Below, piece by piece: positions 52,614-64,000 of a DNA stretch of 64,000 bases. The notes under the pieces were generated by a model. The model had not been told where the DNA came from and ran no database searches. It saw only the letters and a list, made by a program, of their open reading frames with translations. This stretch comes from Antedon mediterranea. Lineage: Eukaryota; Animalia; Echinodermata. The DNA is taken from the NCBI RefSeq assembly GCF_964355755.1, contig NC_092670.1:10216795-10280794 (forward strand), written 5' to 3'. Both the position numbers and the translations under genes were made by a program. The stretch's first letter is position 1. Each line of letters opens with the position of its first letter.

Positions 52614-55000
52614 CTTGAAAGAATTTCATTTAGCTTCGATTTTGTATAGATGACAAATTTCGTTTTTGTAAAAGCACAAGTTAACGGAGTACTTACTCGA
52701 ACGTTTCGATCTCTATCAGAGATCCTTCTCAACTGACTGCGGAGTGTTAATGCAGCTTGGTCATTCTTGACGTCATCTGTTGATGACGTCGTACGCCTCC
52801 AGATCTTAAGAGAAAAATGGGTGGTAAATCTGTCTAGTAAGTTGGTTAGTGAGGACGAAATATCAGCATTACAAAGGGGATTGAACTATGCGGCGAGCCC
52901 ACGATCCATGCCCATTGACGATCTCATAGTAGCGGCTGAAAAAGCGGCTGATCTCGTCCCCCTGGAAGAACAAGATACCGTTCGCAGTAAAATTGTAGCT
53001 ATTGTAAAATCTACCACTCTACCACCTTCAAATTTAACCCCCAAAGAACGAAAGGCCATAAACAACTTGAAGAAAGATAAATATATTCTTATTCTCCCAG
53101 CGGATAAAGGTAGATCTACTGTCATCCTAAATACTAATGATTACAAAGATAAAGTGGGAACCATGGTGAGCGACACTAATGTTTACGAACTGCTAAAACG
53201 TAATCCAACACAAAACTATAAACGAAAAGTGGTCAACATCATAGGCAGGTTGTTCAAAGAAAAGAAAATCAACTACAGAGAGAAAGAATGGCTGTTTCCC
53301 ACGGCTGAAATTGTACCTAGGTTGTATTGTCTTCCGAAGATAGATAAACCAAATTGGCCATTAAGACCTATAGTAGATAACATCAACACCGTTTTTTACA
53401 CCGTTGCACAATTCCTCACCAAAATCCTGGGTCCGCTTGTCGGAAACACAGAACATCATGTAACTTACTCAGGAGAGTTGACGAGTGAACTAAAAGAAAT
53501 AATAGTCAAACCAAGTGAAACATTTGTCTCGTTTGACGTAGTATCTCTGTTTACAAAAACACCAGTAGAAGAGGCCCTCAAAGTTGTCGAAAATCGCCTA
53601 ACAACAGATCCGACACTTCTGGATAGAACTAAACTACATGTGACAGACATAATGGAGCTCCTCGGTTTAATTGTGAACAAAACCTATTTCTCGTTCAATG
53701 GTAACATTTATAGGCAAATACAAGGCATTGCTATGGGAAGCCCAATAAGTCCTATATTGGCGAACTTGTATCTAGAGTGGCTCGAACATCAAGCCATAAA
53801 CACGGCACCCACTAACATCAAGCCTGTGTATTGGAAACGATACGTTGATGATGTATTAGCTATCGTCCCCATAGGTACAGTACATACATTTAACACACAT
53901 CTTAATAACATCGATATAACTGACAATATCAAGTTCACCACAGAATCGATGACAAACAACACAATACCTTTCCTGGAAATGCTCATCACACTCAATGACA
54001 ATGGAACAGTTACCACCTCAGTCTATCGGAAGCCCACTCACACAGACCAATATTTACATTTCAACTCACATAATCCACTCGAACACAAACTGGGGCTTAT
54101 AAACACACTTGTGGACAGAGCTGAGAAGGTAGTGGGAGATATGGATTTGAGGAAAGTTGAGATGGATAACATCAAGAAAGCGTTATACAACTGCCAGTAT
54201 CCAGAGTGGTCCTTCTAGAGAGTTATGGAAAACCGAAAAAGAAAAAAGAACAAAGGACACGAACCACAGAAAAAAAAGATCAAGATGCGAGGTAGCATAG
54301 GAATCCCCTATGTAAAAGGAATGGCAGAAAGAATACGACACACTCTCTCCTATTACAATGTCGGAACCTATTTCCTACCCCAAAATAAAATCAAGAATAG
54401 CCTCGTCCACCCAAAAGATAAAATCGAGAAGATGGATACATGTGGAGTAATCTACGAAGTCACCTGCCGCAACTGTCCACAAGTTTACATTGGGGAAACA
54501 GGGAGGGCATTACAAACACGAATTAATGATCACAAAAAAGATGTTACAACAAACACGGGGGGAGTAATGACTAGGGCCTCTAGAACATCCACATCTTCGA
54601 TCATACACAAATCTGCCATTACAGAACATGTCATAAAACACAATCATGTACCGAACTGGGAGGCTACCATCTTAACCAAAGAGCCTAAACGCAAAGACAG
54701 ACAGATTAGAGAATCATTACATATAAGGAGAAATAAAGAGAGGACCATGAACCGGGACACTGGAGCCCACAAACTCTCGCATTTGTACAATGATTTGATA
54801 GACACATCACCTGGCCGAGCCCCGCACAACCTCCAACATACAACCGGAGGCGTACGACGTCATCAACAGATGACGTCAAGAATGAGCAAGCTGCATTAAC
54901 ACTCCGCAGTCAGTTGAGAAGGATCTCTGATAGAGATCGAAACGTTCGAGTAAGTACTCCGTTAACTTGTGCTTTTACAAAAACGAAATTTGTCATCTAT
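52614..55000 (+). mobile_element. Penelope-like retroelement (RT + GIY-YIG endonuclease), 5'-truncated, with inverted pseudo-LTR
   Basis: RT motifs PADKG, PLRPIV, SFDVVSLFT, GIAMGSPISP, RYVDD; GVIY..C..C..VYIGETGR endonuclease in the same frame after one TAG (54216-18); 155-bp inverted repeat 52646-52800 / 54846-55000; 12-bp TSD AATTAAAATGAT. Confidence 0.95.
54914..54947 (+). ncRNA. Minimal hammerhead-ribozyme-like motif in the Penelope pseudo-LTR (inverted copy at 52699-52732)
   Basis: UUGAGAA core variant (U3/A8 for C3/G8), stem II GAUCUC-UGAUA-GAGAUC, GAAA, palindromic AACGUU. Stem I is weak. Confidence 0.6.
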
Positions 55001-55939
55001 AATTAAAATGATGTTTCTGGTGTTCTCTTAATCACTGCCCTCTTGTAACTGTTGCCAACTGATGTTGTTATTAGAACATCTAGGTGTTAGGTTAAACCCA
55101 TTTAGGTTTGAAAGTGTATAGGAAAGTTTTGTTTTAGTGATTTTTTACATTTATACAATGAAAGCTTTAGATTTAAATCTTAAATTGTATAGTAGTTTAT
55201 TTGCTTTTTTAATGTTTATATACTTTCGCCTTTACCTTGGAAAATACATAAACATTCATCTTGTGTTTGCTTATGTCACAAATTTCTTTGATCAAAACCA
55301 ATATTATAAATATAATATGTAGGCCTACATTCATTGTAAGTATTTATTTCATTTTTAATCATTTCAAAACAAGATTTAACACTTAAAACTACAGCAAATA
55401 TCTACTTAAAATATAGGAAATACTGATTTATGATTAGATATCAATTTGATTTTATTAATTAAAAACAATGAATATAATAATGTCATTATTATGTATTAGC
55501 ATAGTTTTAAATAATAAAATAAATATTTTTTTACAGAATGACATGAATATATTATTTGGTATAATATTTAAAAATGATTAATAATAAAACATTCATTGTT
55601 TACTATTATATAATTTAAAATACAAAATTAAAAATTCCCTATAATAAATTTTTAAACAAATCACAGTTGATATGACAATATATTTGATTATTAAGGTTAT
55701 AACATTTGAATTATTATAATAAAATAATTATTTAATGATAAGGTAAAATGATATTTAAAAGAAACAAAGAGGAATCTAAATTATTCAATAATTACAGATT
55801 CTGATTTGTTATGGTGCTCTTTTAACCATCATCACTGTTGTCTTAAAAGATCAAAATAGCGATTCCAGTTGATGCCATTGTAATCAGCTGTACCTAGTGT
55901 GAGACAAAGCCCATTCAGGTCTGAATCATGAACATTCTC

Positions 55940-56184
55940 TTATGGTGCTCTTTTAATCATCATCACTGTCTTCTTGAGACTCTCATATTTATTATTGAAA
56001 TGATACCAGTTGATACCTGCATTTGTACCTGGTGTAAGGTAAAGCCCATTCAGGTTTGAATAATGACAGGATTTGTACCACCAACCACTTTTCCTGTCCG
56101 TAGCACAGTTACTATCCATTCTCTTATCATTGTCTTTATCATACGTTGTAAATTGTTGACCATTGTGGTATGCCAAAGAATCAC
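55940..56184 (-). CDS. FReD paralog 4, exon 4 (upstream exons presumably beyond the right edge)
   Basis: tttag|GT GAT TCT TTG. Reads GDSLAYHNGQQFTTYDKDND..NCA..SGWWYKSCHYSNLNG..KRAP*. Intron homologous to that of paralog 1 is seen at 60520-61276. Confidence 0.9.
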
Positions 56185-56939
56185 CTAAACAAACAAGATA
56201 TTAGATCATCTTTAGTTTACTTCATATATCTTTAAATTTTTAAATATTTGTATATTTGTATCACTATCCGATCAAAGTTTCCTCTGTGTATAATGTCATA
56301 AACCACATTTGTTACATAATAATAAAGACATAAGTTACTTTATATCTAGATTTCATTATAAATCATGTGTATAATCTATACACTAAAAAATAAAATTGAA
56401 TAAACAATACGGATAATAAAAAAATCTCATTTCGTTTTGTTTCCCAAGGTGAGACTCGATCTCGGTACCTTGAATGCCATAGACACAGCCCAAACCACCG
56501 AGCCATACACAACTGACTAAAAGTTGTAGAATAATTCCTCCGGCTATTTACTATGCAGTAACCACTTTAGTGCAGTTAGATTATTACATACCGCAATTAA
56601 TTATAATTTTTTACTATGATGATATATTTAAAAATTTAAAAAAATGATGCACTGTCAAACTAAAAACTTTTAACTTTAATATATGAACATTTTATGGAAG
56701 AAAGTTAATGTTAGGTTTGTTATTTCGGCCTAAGAAAATGTCATAATTATTTGATTGGTATTTAAAATGCAATTAATGATGACTTTATCAACTTTTGTTC
56801 TCTTAATTTCATTAAAAAGCATACATATGATACATACACTTCAAGAAATTGAAATAAAAAATAGGTGTTCCCGAGCATTCTGACGATCTATATTATTTTT
56901 AAAATAAAGGATATTTTCACCATTTTGTTAACTTAGACG

Positions 56940-58157
56940 TGCGTAGCCAGTCACTTTTGGTTATTTTATGTTGGCCATGAGTTTTATTTTTAACTTACAA
57001 AATATGGTTCATCTATTCAAGTAGCGAGCTATTACAACTACGTGATCAAAACAAAGCACACCTGGACAAAGCGTACCTGAGTAATGCCTCCGTTGGAAAG
57101 TACATTGACTGGCCTAAAGAAATCAAACGCCGCAAACGAGGTAAAGCAGGAGGTCTTAGAAAGCGAATTCGACGGAAAAGATCCAGACCGTACATCCCGT
57201 CACTGATAATCGGTAATGTACAATTGCTGGATAGCCAACAATGGCTGAAAATGAATGAGCTCAGATCAAATGTGCAGCACCTAAATGAATTTAGGAATGT
57301 AAGTTTAATTTCATTTACTGAGACCTGGCTAACTGACCAACACAATGATAGTCACACTGAGCTAAGTGGTTTTTATATGGTACGTGGGGATAGAGACTCG
57401 CTGGCAACTGGTAAATCGAAAGGCGGTGGTCTGTGTTTATACGTTAATAAGGGATATTGCCATCCAAATAACGTATCGGTAAAATCCCATGTATGTACTC
57501 CAAACTCAGAAATCATGGTGACTAACATTCGGCTATACTACACACCACAAGAGTTCTCACACGTCATCGTAATGACAGTTTACGTGCCTGATAAAACATT
57601 AGCTAAAAGTGCCACCCAGGAAATTTTCGAGGCTACTATGATATCGAACCAAAATCACCTGATGCTTTGATCATCATAAATGGAGATTTCAATCACTGTA
57701 CTACTATCAGCACGTCGCATGTAATACTAGACTGAACAATAAACTAGACCTTTGCTATTCTAATCTAAAGAACGCTTACATGTCTACAAAGTTGCCAGGA
57801 TTGGGAGACCATGATCTGGTTATGTTACGACCAAGATACACCCCGCTCCACAAGACGAATGAACCAAAACAAATCACCGTAAAGAGATGGACAAACGAAG
57901 CGATGCTACAACTGCAAGGTGCACTAGAAGCAACTGATTGGGACTGTTTTAAAAACTATTTTAACTCCATACATGATTTGACACAAAATAGTAAGCGACT
58001 ATATCTGTTTTTGTAGCGAATTAATAATTAAAGTGCATAGTAATAATAAACTCTGGATAACAAACAGAGTTTGTGCAGTAATACATAAGAAAAAAAATGC
58101 TTTCAACAACAAGGAAATTGAACGTTTAAAAGAAATTAAGAAGGAACTAAAAAAAGT
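56940..58157 (+). mobile_element. LINE 5' fragment with APE endonuclease (CR1-group, Rex/Babar-like), frameshifted and 3'-truncated
   Basis: RRKRGKAGG..PSLIIGNV, FTETWL, GKSKGGGLCLYVN, GDFNH, LGDHDLV. Confidence 0.8.
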
Positions 58158-60517
58158 AACTAGATTTGAACTCCGCCATTTTATATTCGAGTGGCCATAA
58201 GATGATGTCACTATGTCCGGTTAGCCATATCCATGCATGATTCTATATCTACAACTCATCAACTTCCATAATATGTAATAAAAAATAAACTTCACCATGT
58301 AGTTTAGAATTTATGACTATTTAAAAAAAAGCATAATTTTGACGAATTTTTGAACTTTTTCATCAAAAACGCACGCAAATTATCCATTTACACGTGCTCG
58401 TAATTTTAAGTCGAAATTGTTTAAAAGTTTGTAAAATTACTAGAAAATGCGGGAAAAACATAAATCACGCGAAAAATATATATTTTTGCGCTACATGCGC
58501 AGGTCAGTGATGTTTACAGTCCTATACGTCACTATGGCATCCCAGAACCCTTGGTAAATGCTATCCAGGTACTGTATACCAATTCTAGCAGTAGAGTCAT
58601 GGTTGATGGTAACATCTCAAACTCCTTTAGTGTAAAAACTGGAGTACTTCAAGGTGATGTACTGGCTCCATATATTTTTATTATCTTGGTGGATTATCTG
58701 CTGCTCCGGTCATCAGAATGTGACTCAGGAGTTGTGACTTGCCCACGAAAATCAAGAAGTTATCCAGCGAAAATCTTAAATGATTTAGACTTTGCAGATG
58801 ACATCGCCCTGCTTGAGTCTTCAATACCTCGTGCCCAATCACAGCTAACGAGAACTGCCAATGCTGCCGCTGACCTAGGGCTTATCATTAGTGCCCCTAA
58901 AACGGAGTATATGGTATTCAACTGCTATTCACAGCCCCCACTTGAAGTTTATGGAAATGCAATCAACCATGCAACCAACTTCAAATACCTCGGCTCCATG
59001 ATGGCATCTAGCAGTGGGGATTTTAAAAGAAGAAAGGGTCTTGTCTGGACAGCATTTTGGAAGCTAGAGAACGTTTGTGGAGATCTCCACCAAAGTAAAG
59101 CTGTACAATACAACCAGTGTTACTGTCCTTGTGTATGGCTGCGAGTCTTGGGTCCTCTCTAAGGCGATGGAAAGTGAAATCAACGCCTTTGGCACTTCAT
59201 GCTATAGAATCATGCTAAATATCAAGAGAACAGATAGGGTGCCAAATGCTTATATCTATGACCTAACCAAGACCAGACCGCTACTGGAAAATATTAGATC
59301 CCGTCAATTAAAGTTCCTGGGTCACGCGCTTCGAATGCCTGATGACGAACGATGCAAAGAGTACGCTCTGTATGTTCCTCAACATGGGAAAAGAAAACGA
59401 GGAAGGCAGAAAACCAACTTTCTGAAATACATCCAACAGCTTTTAGGGGATGAAGGAGGCATGATTACAACTGATAAGCCGTCAGAGTTAGCCAAGGACC
59501 GTTGTGGCTGGAGAAAGCTTGTAGTCGCTTGCTCCGCAGCCGACTGATGATGATGATGCGCACGCGCGCGTAAAAAAATGCGCACACATTCTCAAAATGA
59601 CATGAAACGCGTAGAAAGTTGATTAGAAGTTGATTTTTCGCATTTTGAAATTTTAATTTTGGCGTAACTTTCTGTGAAACATGCCATTTTTAATCCATAG
59701 AAAGTTTCCCCTTCATATGAATTAAATTTTCACCAAGTGTCAATACAAAATGACTTTTGGTTTTTAATCTATGATCAATCATTGAAATTCATAAAATCGC
59801 GCGTAACTTACGCTGCGCAACTCGGACGGGACCGAAAACCTTATTACGACATCTTCAGATAGAGGTCAATCTTCTGATAAAGTTATACAATGTTATGTTG
59901 AGAAGATTTAGAGATACACTAGCAACAAAATTCTGGGAAAGAAAGAAGAACATAGAAAAAAAAAAGATCCTGACAATAACAAGGGGTTATTGTAGTGACC
60001 AAAGTTATTGACGCCTTTGGACATGATGACGTCACAAAAAAAAATTAAAAATGGTAAATCATGCGAAAGATAATTGATTGACCTAGACAATATAAAAACA
60101 TGGTGGGAAATGAAATACGGATAAGTGGAGATGCGCTCTATTAAATGTGATGAGCTATGACGAAAGAGACAAAAATCCTCTATTTTATAATCGAGTGGCC
60201 ATACGATGACGTCACAATATCCGGTTAGCCATATCGATGCATGATTCGATATCTACAACTCATCGAATTTCAGAATATGTAATAAACAATAAAATTCACC
60301 GTATAGTTTAGAATCTATGACTGTTTAAAAAAAGGCATAATTTTTTAACTTTTTCATCAAAAACGCGCGCAAATTATCAAATTCCAGGTGCTCGTATGAC
60401 GTGATTTTAAGGCGAAATTGTTTAAAAATTGGTAAAATTACTAGAAAAGGCTGGAAAAACATAAATCACGCGAAAAAAGTATGTTTTTAACGCTATGTGC
60501 GCACGCGCGCGTAAAAA
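58158..60517. repeat. ACTAGATTTGAAC-initiated repeat (HINE-like) hosting the RTE, with an internal direct repeat (58180-58501 vs 60183-60503)
   Basis: Shares the start motif actagatttga with 1755, 2476 and 23451; the direct repeat is visible by eye. Confidence 0.55.
58502..59555 (+). mobile_element. RTE-clade LINE, 5'-truncated
   Basis: GVLQGDVLAP, LDFADD, FKYLGS, YGCESW, RQLKFLGH; (TGA)n tail; TSD ATGCGCA (58495-501, 59556-62); one frameshift near 59077. Confidence 0.9.
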
Positions 60518-61276
60518 TATATACTCAAATAAATAATAAACCCAGTTTTTATGCTTCATAGAATTTAATATTACTGTATTTAATTTTTTTATTTAAATGT
60601 ATTGTTTTTAACATAAATTTCCACTGTTTTTGCTATAAAAGTTGGGTTTTAATAATTAATATAAGTATCTGCCCTTGTTTGTTTGTAATATTCTGAGCCT
60701 CGTTTGGTCTTGTTTGTTTCCATTTGGTTCCATTTAGTGTGACCGGTCACATACACAATACAATTAAAATCATTTGCGTTCATTCCGTAGCATCCTTCGT
60801 AGCTTCAATATTTGGTTTGTTCCGCCAGTTTTGTCACACATGCCATCAGACCTTGTGTAATGTGTTCAAAAAGTGGGTTTTTTAGATTGTTTAGTTAGAA
60901 CTGAACAATTGTAAGTCATTGTCGGTTTTGTACCTGATTTTGAATTCTATTTTCTATAGGATAATAAATAAGGTCTTTCGCTATTTATATTTTATTACAT
61001 AACTATGATAAAGAACTTTAAAGGTCAGTTCATTATTAAAATTAAAAGAATGGATTTGCACGCAGTATTTTATTTACATTCACCCAAGAAAGCTGCCTCC
61101 CCTAAATTTTAATAAAATTACGCTAGAACTGTTGCTTCCGTGGACTTTAGATCCTGACGCCACCGCTGCTTAGGTACAGTACATGTCTCAAATTCTGTCC
61201 CAGCAGTTTAAATGCGATATTAAAATAAAATTCTACAGTATGTGGGTATTCATTGATTATTTTTACTACAAGGTAC

Positions 61277-64000
61277 TGTTACGGGCTCGCTCGTTAGGCT
61301 GAAACCAACAATAAGAACACAACAAAACACGTTGTAGTTGTCGTCCATCTTTATTCATCTCCTTTCTTTTACTCTAGAGGGCTCACTTCCGTGTGACAAA
61401 CCCATCACACACCCCCACTTAAAGAAAGTTTGATAGGATTAAACTTATAACTGTTTACTATAACATCTTAAATCTTTTCTTATACAGTAGTTATTTTAAC
61501 AGGTCGTTGATATGAATTTACTTCAACTGCTTCTTTAAAATTTCACAAGTTCTAATTACTTTAAATCCGTGTATGCCATTAATGCATCACTCTATCACAA
61601 CTAACATATTATAATTAAATAAACATTTTAAAATCAACAACACTTTTAAAATCATTTCATGCATGTTTTATCTAAACTCTTGACAAAGCGTCAGCTACAA
61701 CATTGTCTTTTCCTCTGATATGATGAATTTCCAGATTCATTTCTTGAACTGCTAAACTCCATCCCAACAAGCGTTGATTCTTGTCCTTCATTCTTGCCAA
61801 GAAAGTTAATGGGTTGTGGTCAGTCCAAACTACAATTGGAAACGGAGTAGATCCAAGATACACTTCAAAGTGCTTTAACGCTGACATCAGAGCTAATGTC
61901 TCCTTCTCAACAGTAGAATAACGTTTCTCATGCTGGTTGAATTTTCTCGAGTAGAAACACACAGGCTTGTCAACACCGTTCTCGTCTGTTTGCGCCAACA
62001 CAGCACCCGAACCAACATCACTGGCATCAATCATCAACGAGAACTGTTTATCAAATTGTGGAGCCATCAACACCGGTTCGTTTGATAACATCGCTTTAAC
62101 TTTAATGAATGCATTATTGCATTTCTCCAACCACACAAAGCTCGCATTCTTTTTCAGCAGATTCGTTAATGGAGTTACAAGCGTTGAGAAACTTCTGCAA
62201 AAACGTCGATAAAACCCAGCCATTCCCAGGAAACGCATTAACTCCTGCTTACTCTTTGGAACTGGGAAATCACAGACTGCCTTAATCTTAGCACTTAATG
62301 GTTTCTCTTTTCCGCAACCAACTTTATGACCTAAGAACACAATTTCTGCACAGGAAAACTCGCTTTTCACCAAATTTACTGTCAACTTCGCAGCTGTCAA
62401 CCTGTCAAACAATGCCTTAATTCTCTGCACATGGACATCCCATGTACAGTATCACTATAAACAACCAAATCGTCTATATAAGCTTCACAGCCCTCCAACC
62501 CCGAAATTATACCATTAACCAATCTCTGGAACGTGGCTGGTGCATTCTTTAAACCGAAAGGCATGACTTTATACTGATAAAGACCCATAGGAGTTACAAA
62601 AGCTGACACTTCTTTCGCACGCTCTGTTAAAGGAATTTGCCAGTAACCCTTTAGAAGATCAAATTTACTGACAAACTTAGCACTACCCACACGATCAATA
62701 CAGTCATCTATCCTCGGTATGGGATATGAATCTGTAGTAGATTTGGCATTAACCTTCCGATAATCAGTACAAAAACGATACGATTTATCTGGCTTCGGAA
62801 CTAATATACATGGAGAACTCCAAGCACTGCAACTAGGCTCGATTATATCATTCTTAATCATGTAATCAATCTCATTTTGTAATATCTTCATCTTGAACGG
62901 ATTTGCTCTATATGGATTTTGTTTTATTGGTGAACAATCAGCTGTCTTAACATCATGCTCCACTAAGTTTGTTCGACCTGGAACATCCAAAAACAGCTGC
63001 AGATTTCCAAATATCAAACTAACAATTTCAACCTTACGATCACGAGATAAATGACCAACTTTATCTTCAATGTTTGCAAGGACATCTGAATTACTGAACT
63101 TAACACATGTATCAGGATCCCCAAACTCTTCAGAATTCTCTTCAACAACACACGCAACTGGTGTTGACGTACAGGTATCAGTATTATTTCTCGCTGTGTA
63201 TGGTTTCAACATGTTTATATGACACAGTCGCTTCTTCTTACGCCTATCTGGAGTATCTAACACATAGTCAACTTCTCCTACTCTTTCTAATACTTTGTAA
63301 GGACCAGCAAATCTTGCAGATAATGGTTGACTGGGAAGAGGCAACATAACTAACACTTCATCACCTGAATTAAAGCTTCTCTTTTCTGATTTCCTATCAA
63401 ACAATCTCTTCATTTTACCCTGAGCCTTCACAAGATTCTTTCTAGCCATCTCACGAGCACGATTTAATCGATCACGAAATTCAGACACATAATCTAGTAT
63501 CGATACAGACTCTTCTGCTTTCCCTAATAGCCTTTCTTTGACTATTTTAAGAGGGCCTCGGACCGAATGACCATACACCAACTCAAATGGGCTAAACCCT
63601 AAGGACTCTTGCACTGTTTCACGAACAGCGAATAACAATAAGGGAACTCCCTCATCCCATTCCTTTTCACATTGAAAACAATAGGTTTTAATCATATTCT
63701 TAAGTGTTTGATGAAATCTCTCAAGTGCCCCTTGAGACTGTAGATGGTAAGCACTTGAACTTATATGGGCAACACCTAACTGCTCTAAGACTTGTTTAAA
63801 TATCTTTGATATGAAGTTTGATCCTTGATCGGACTGAACAGCTTTAGGCAATCCTACCCATGTAAAGAATTTTACCAATGCTTTAACAACATTCTTAGCT
63901 GTAATACGCCTAAGAGGAATCGCTTCTGGAAACCTACTTGATGCACACATTATTGTTAATAGATACTCATTTCCATTTTTAGTACGTGGTAATGGACCCA
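61277..64000 (-). mobile_element. Ty3/gypsy LTR retrotransposon of Gmr1 type (IN-RT-RNaseH order), 3' part
   Basis: Integrase (SDQGSNF, GALERFHQTLK, GPY) precedes RT (YRKVN, YIDD) and RNase H (DASD, TDH, NVVADALSR). Polypurine tract aagtgggggtg precedes a TG..CA 3' LTR at 61277-61409. Frameshift near 62445. Confidence 0.93.

Overview
AT-rich, intron-containing animal DNA, most likely a marine invertebrate (inferred from gene and transposon content; no prokaryotic features). The backbone is a minus-strand tandem cluster of fibrinogen-related-domain (FReD) genes. Paralog 1 is complete: 4 exons, about 310 aa, signal peptide + PAN/apple-like domain + FReD (24017->5037). Paralog 2 has exons 2-4 but no recognisable exon 1. 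Paralog 3 is a pseudo-exon, and only the last exon of paralog 4 is in the window. In paralogs 1, 2 and 4 the stop codon is followed by an in-frame duplicate of the ligand-binding C-terminus. Orphan plus-strand exons of GTDC1/QTMAN and EHBP1 sit between paralogs 1 and 2. The rest is dense, often nested, mobile DNA: LINE-in-LINE with a fold-back Academ (XPG/Cys8) element, a Penelope-like element with an inverted pseudo-LTR and a hammerhead-like motif, a Gmr1-type (IN-RT-RH order) gypsy element, Helitrons and HINEs, hAT/MULE/Harbinger-type MITEs, and a paralog-shared 50-bp minisatellite. All calls come from manual reading and remembered family motifs; no searches were run.
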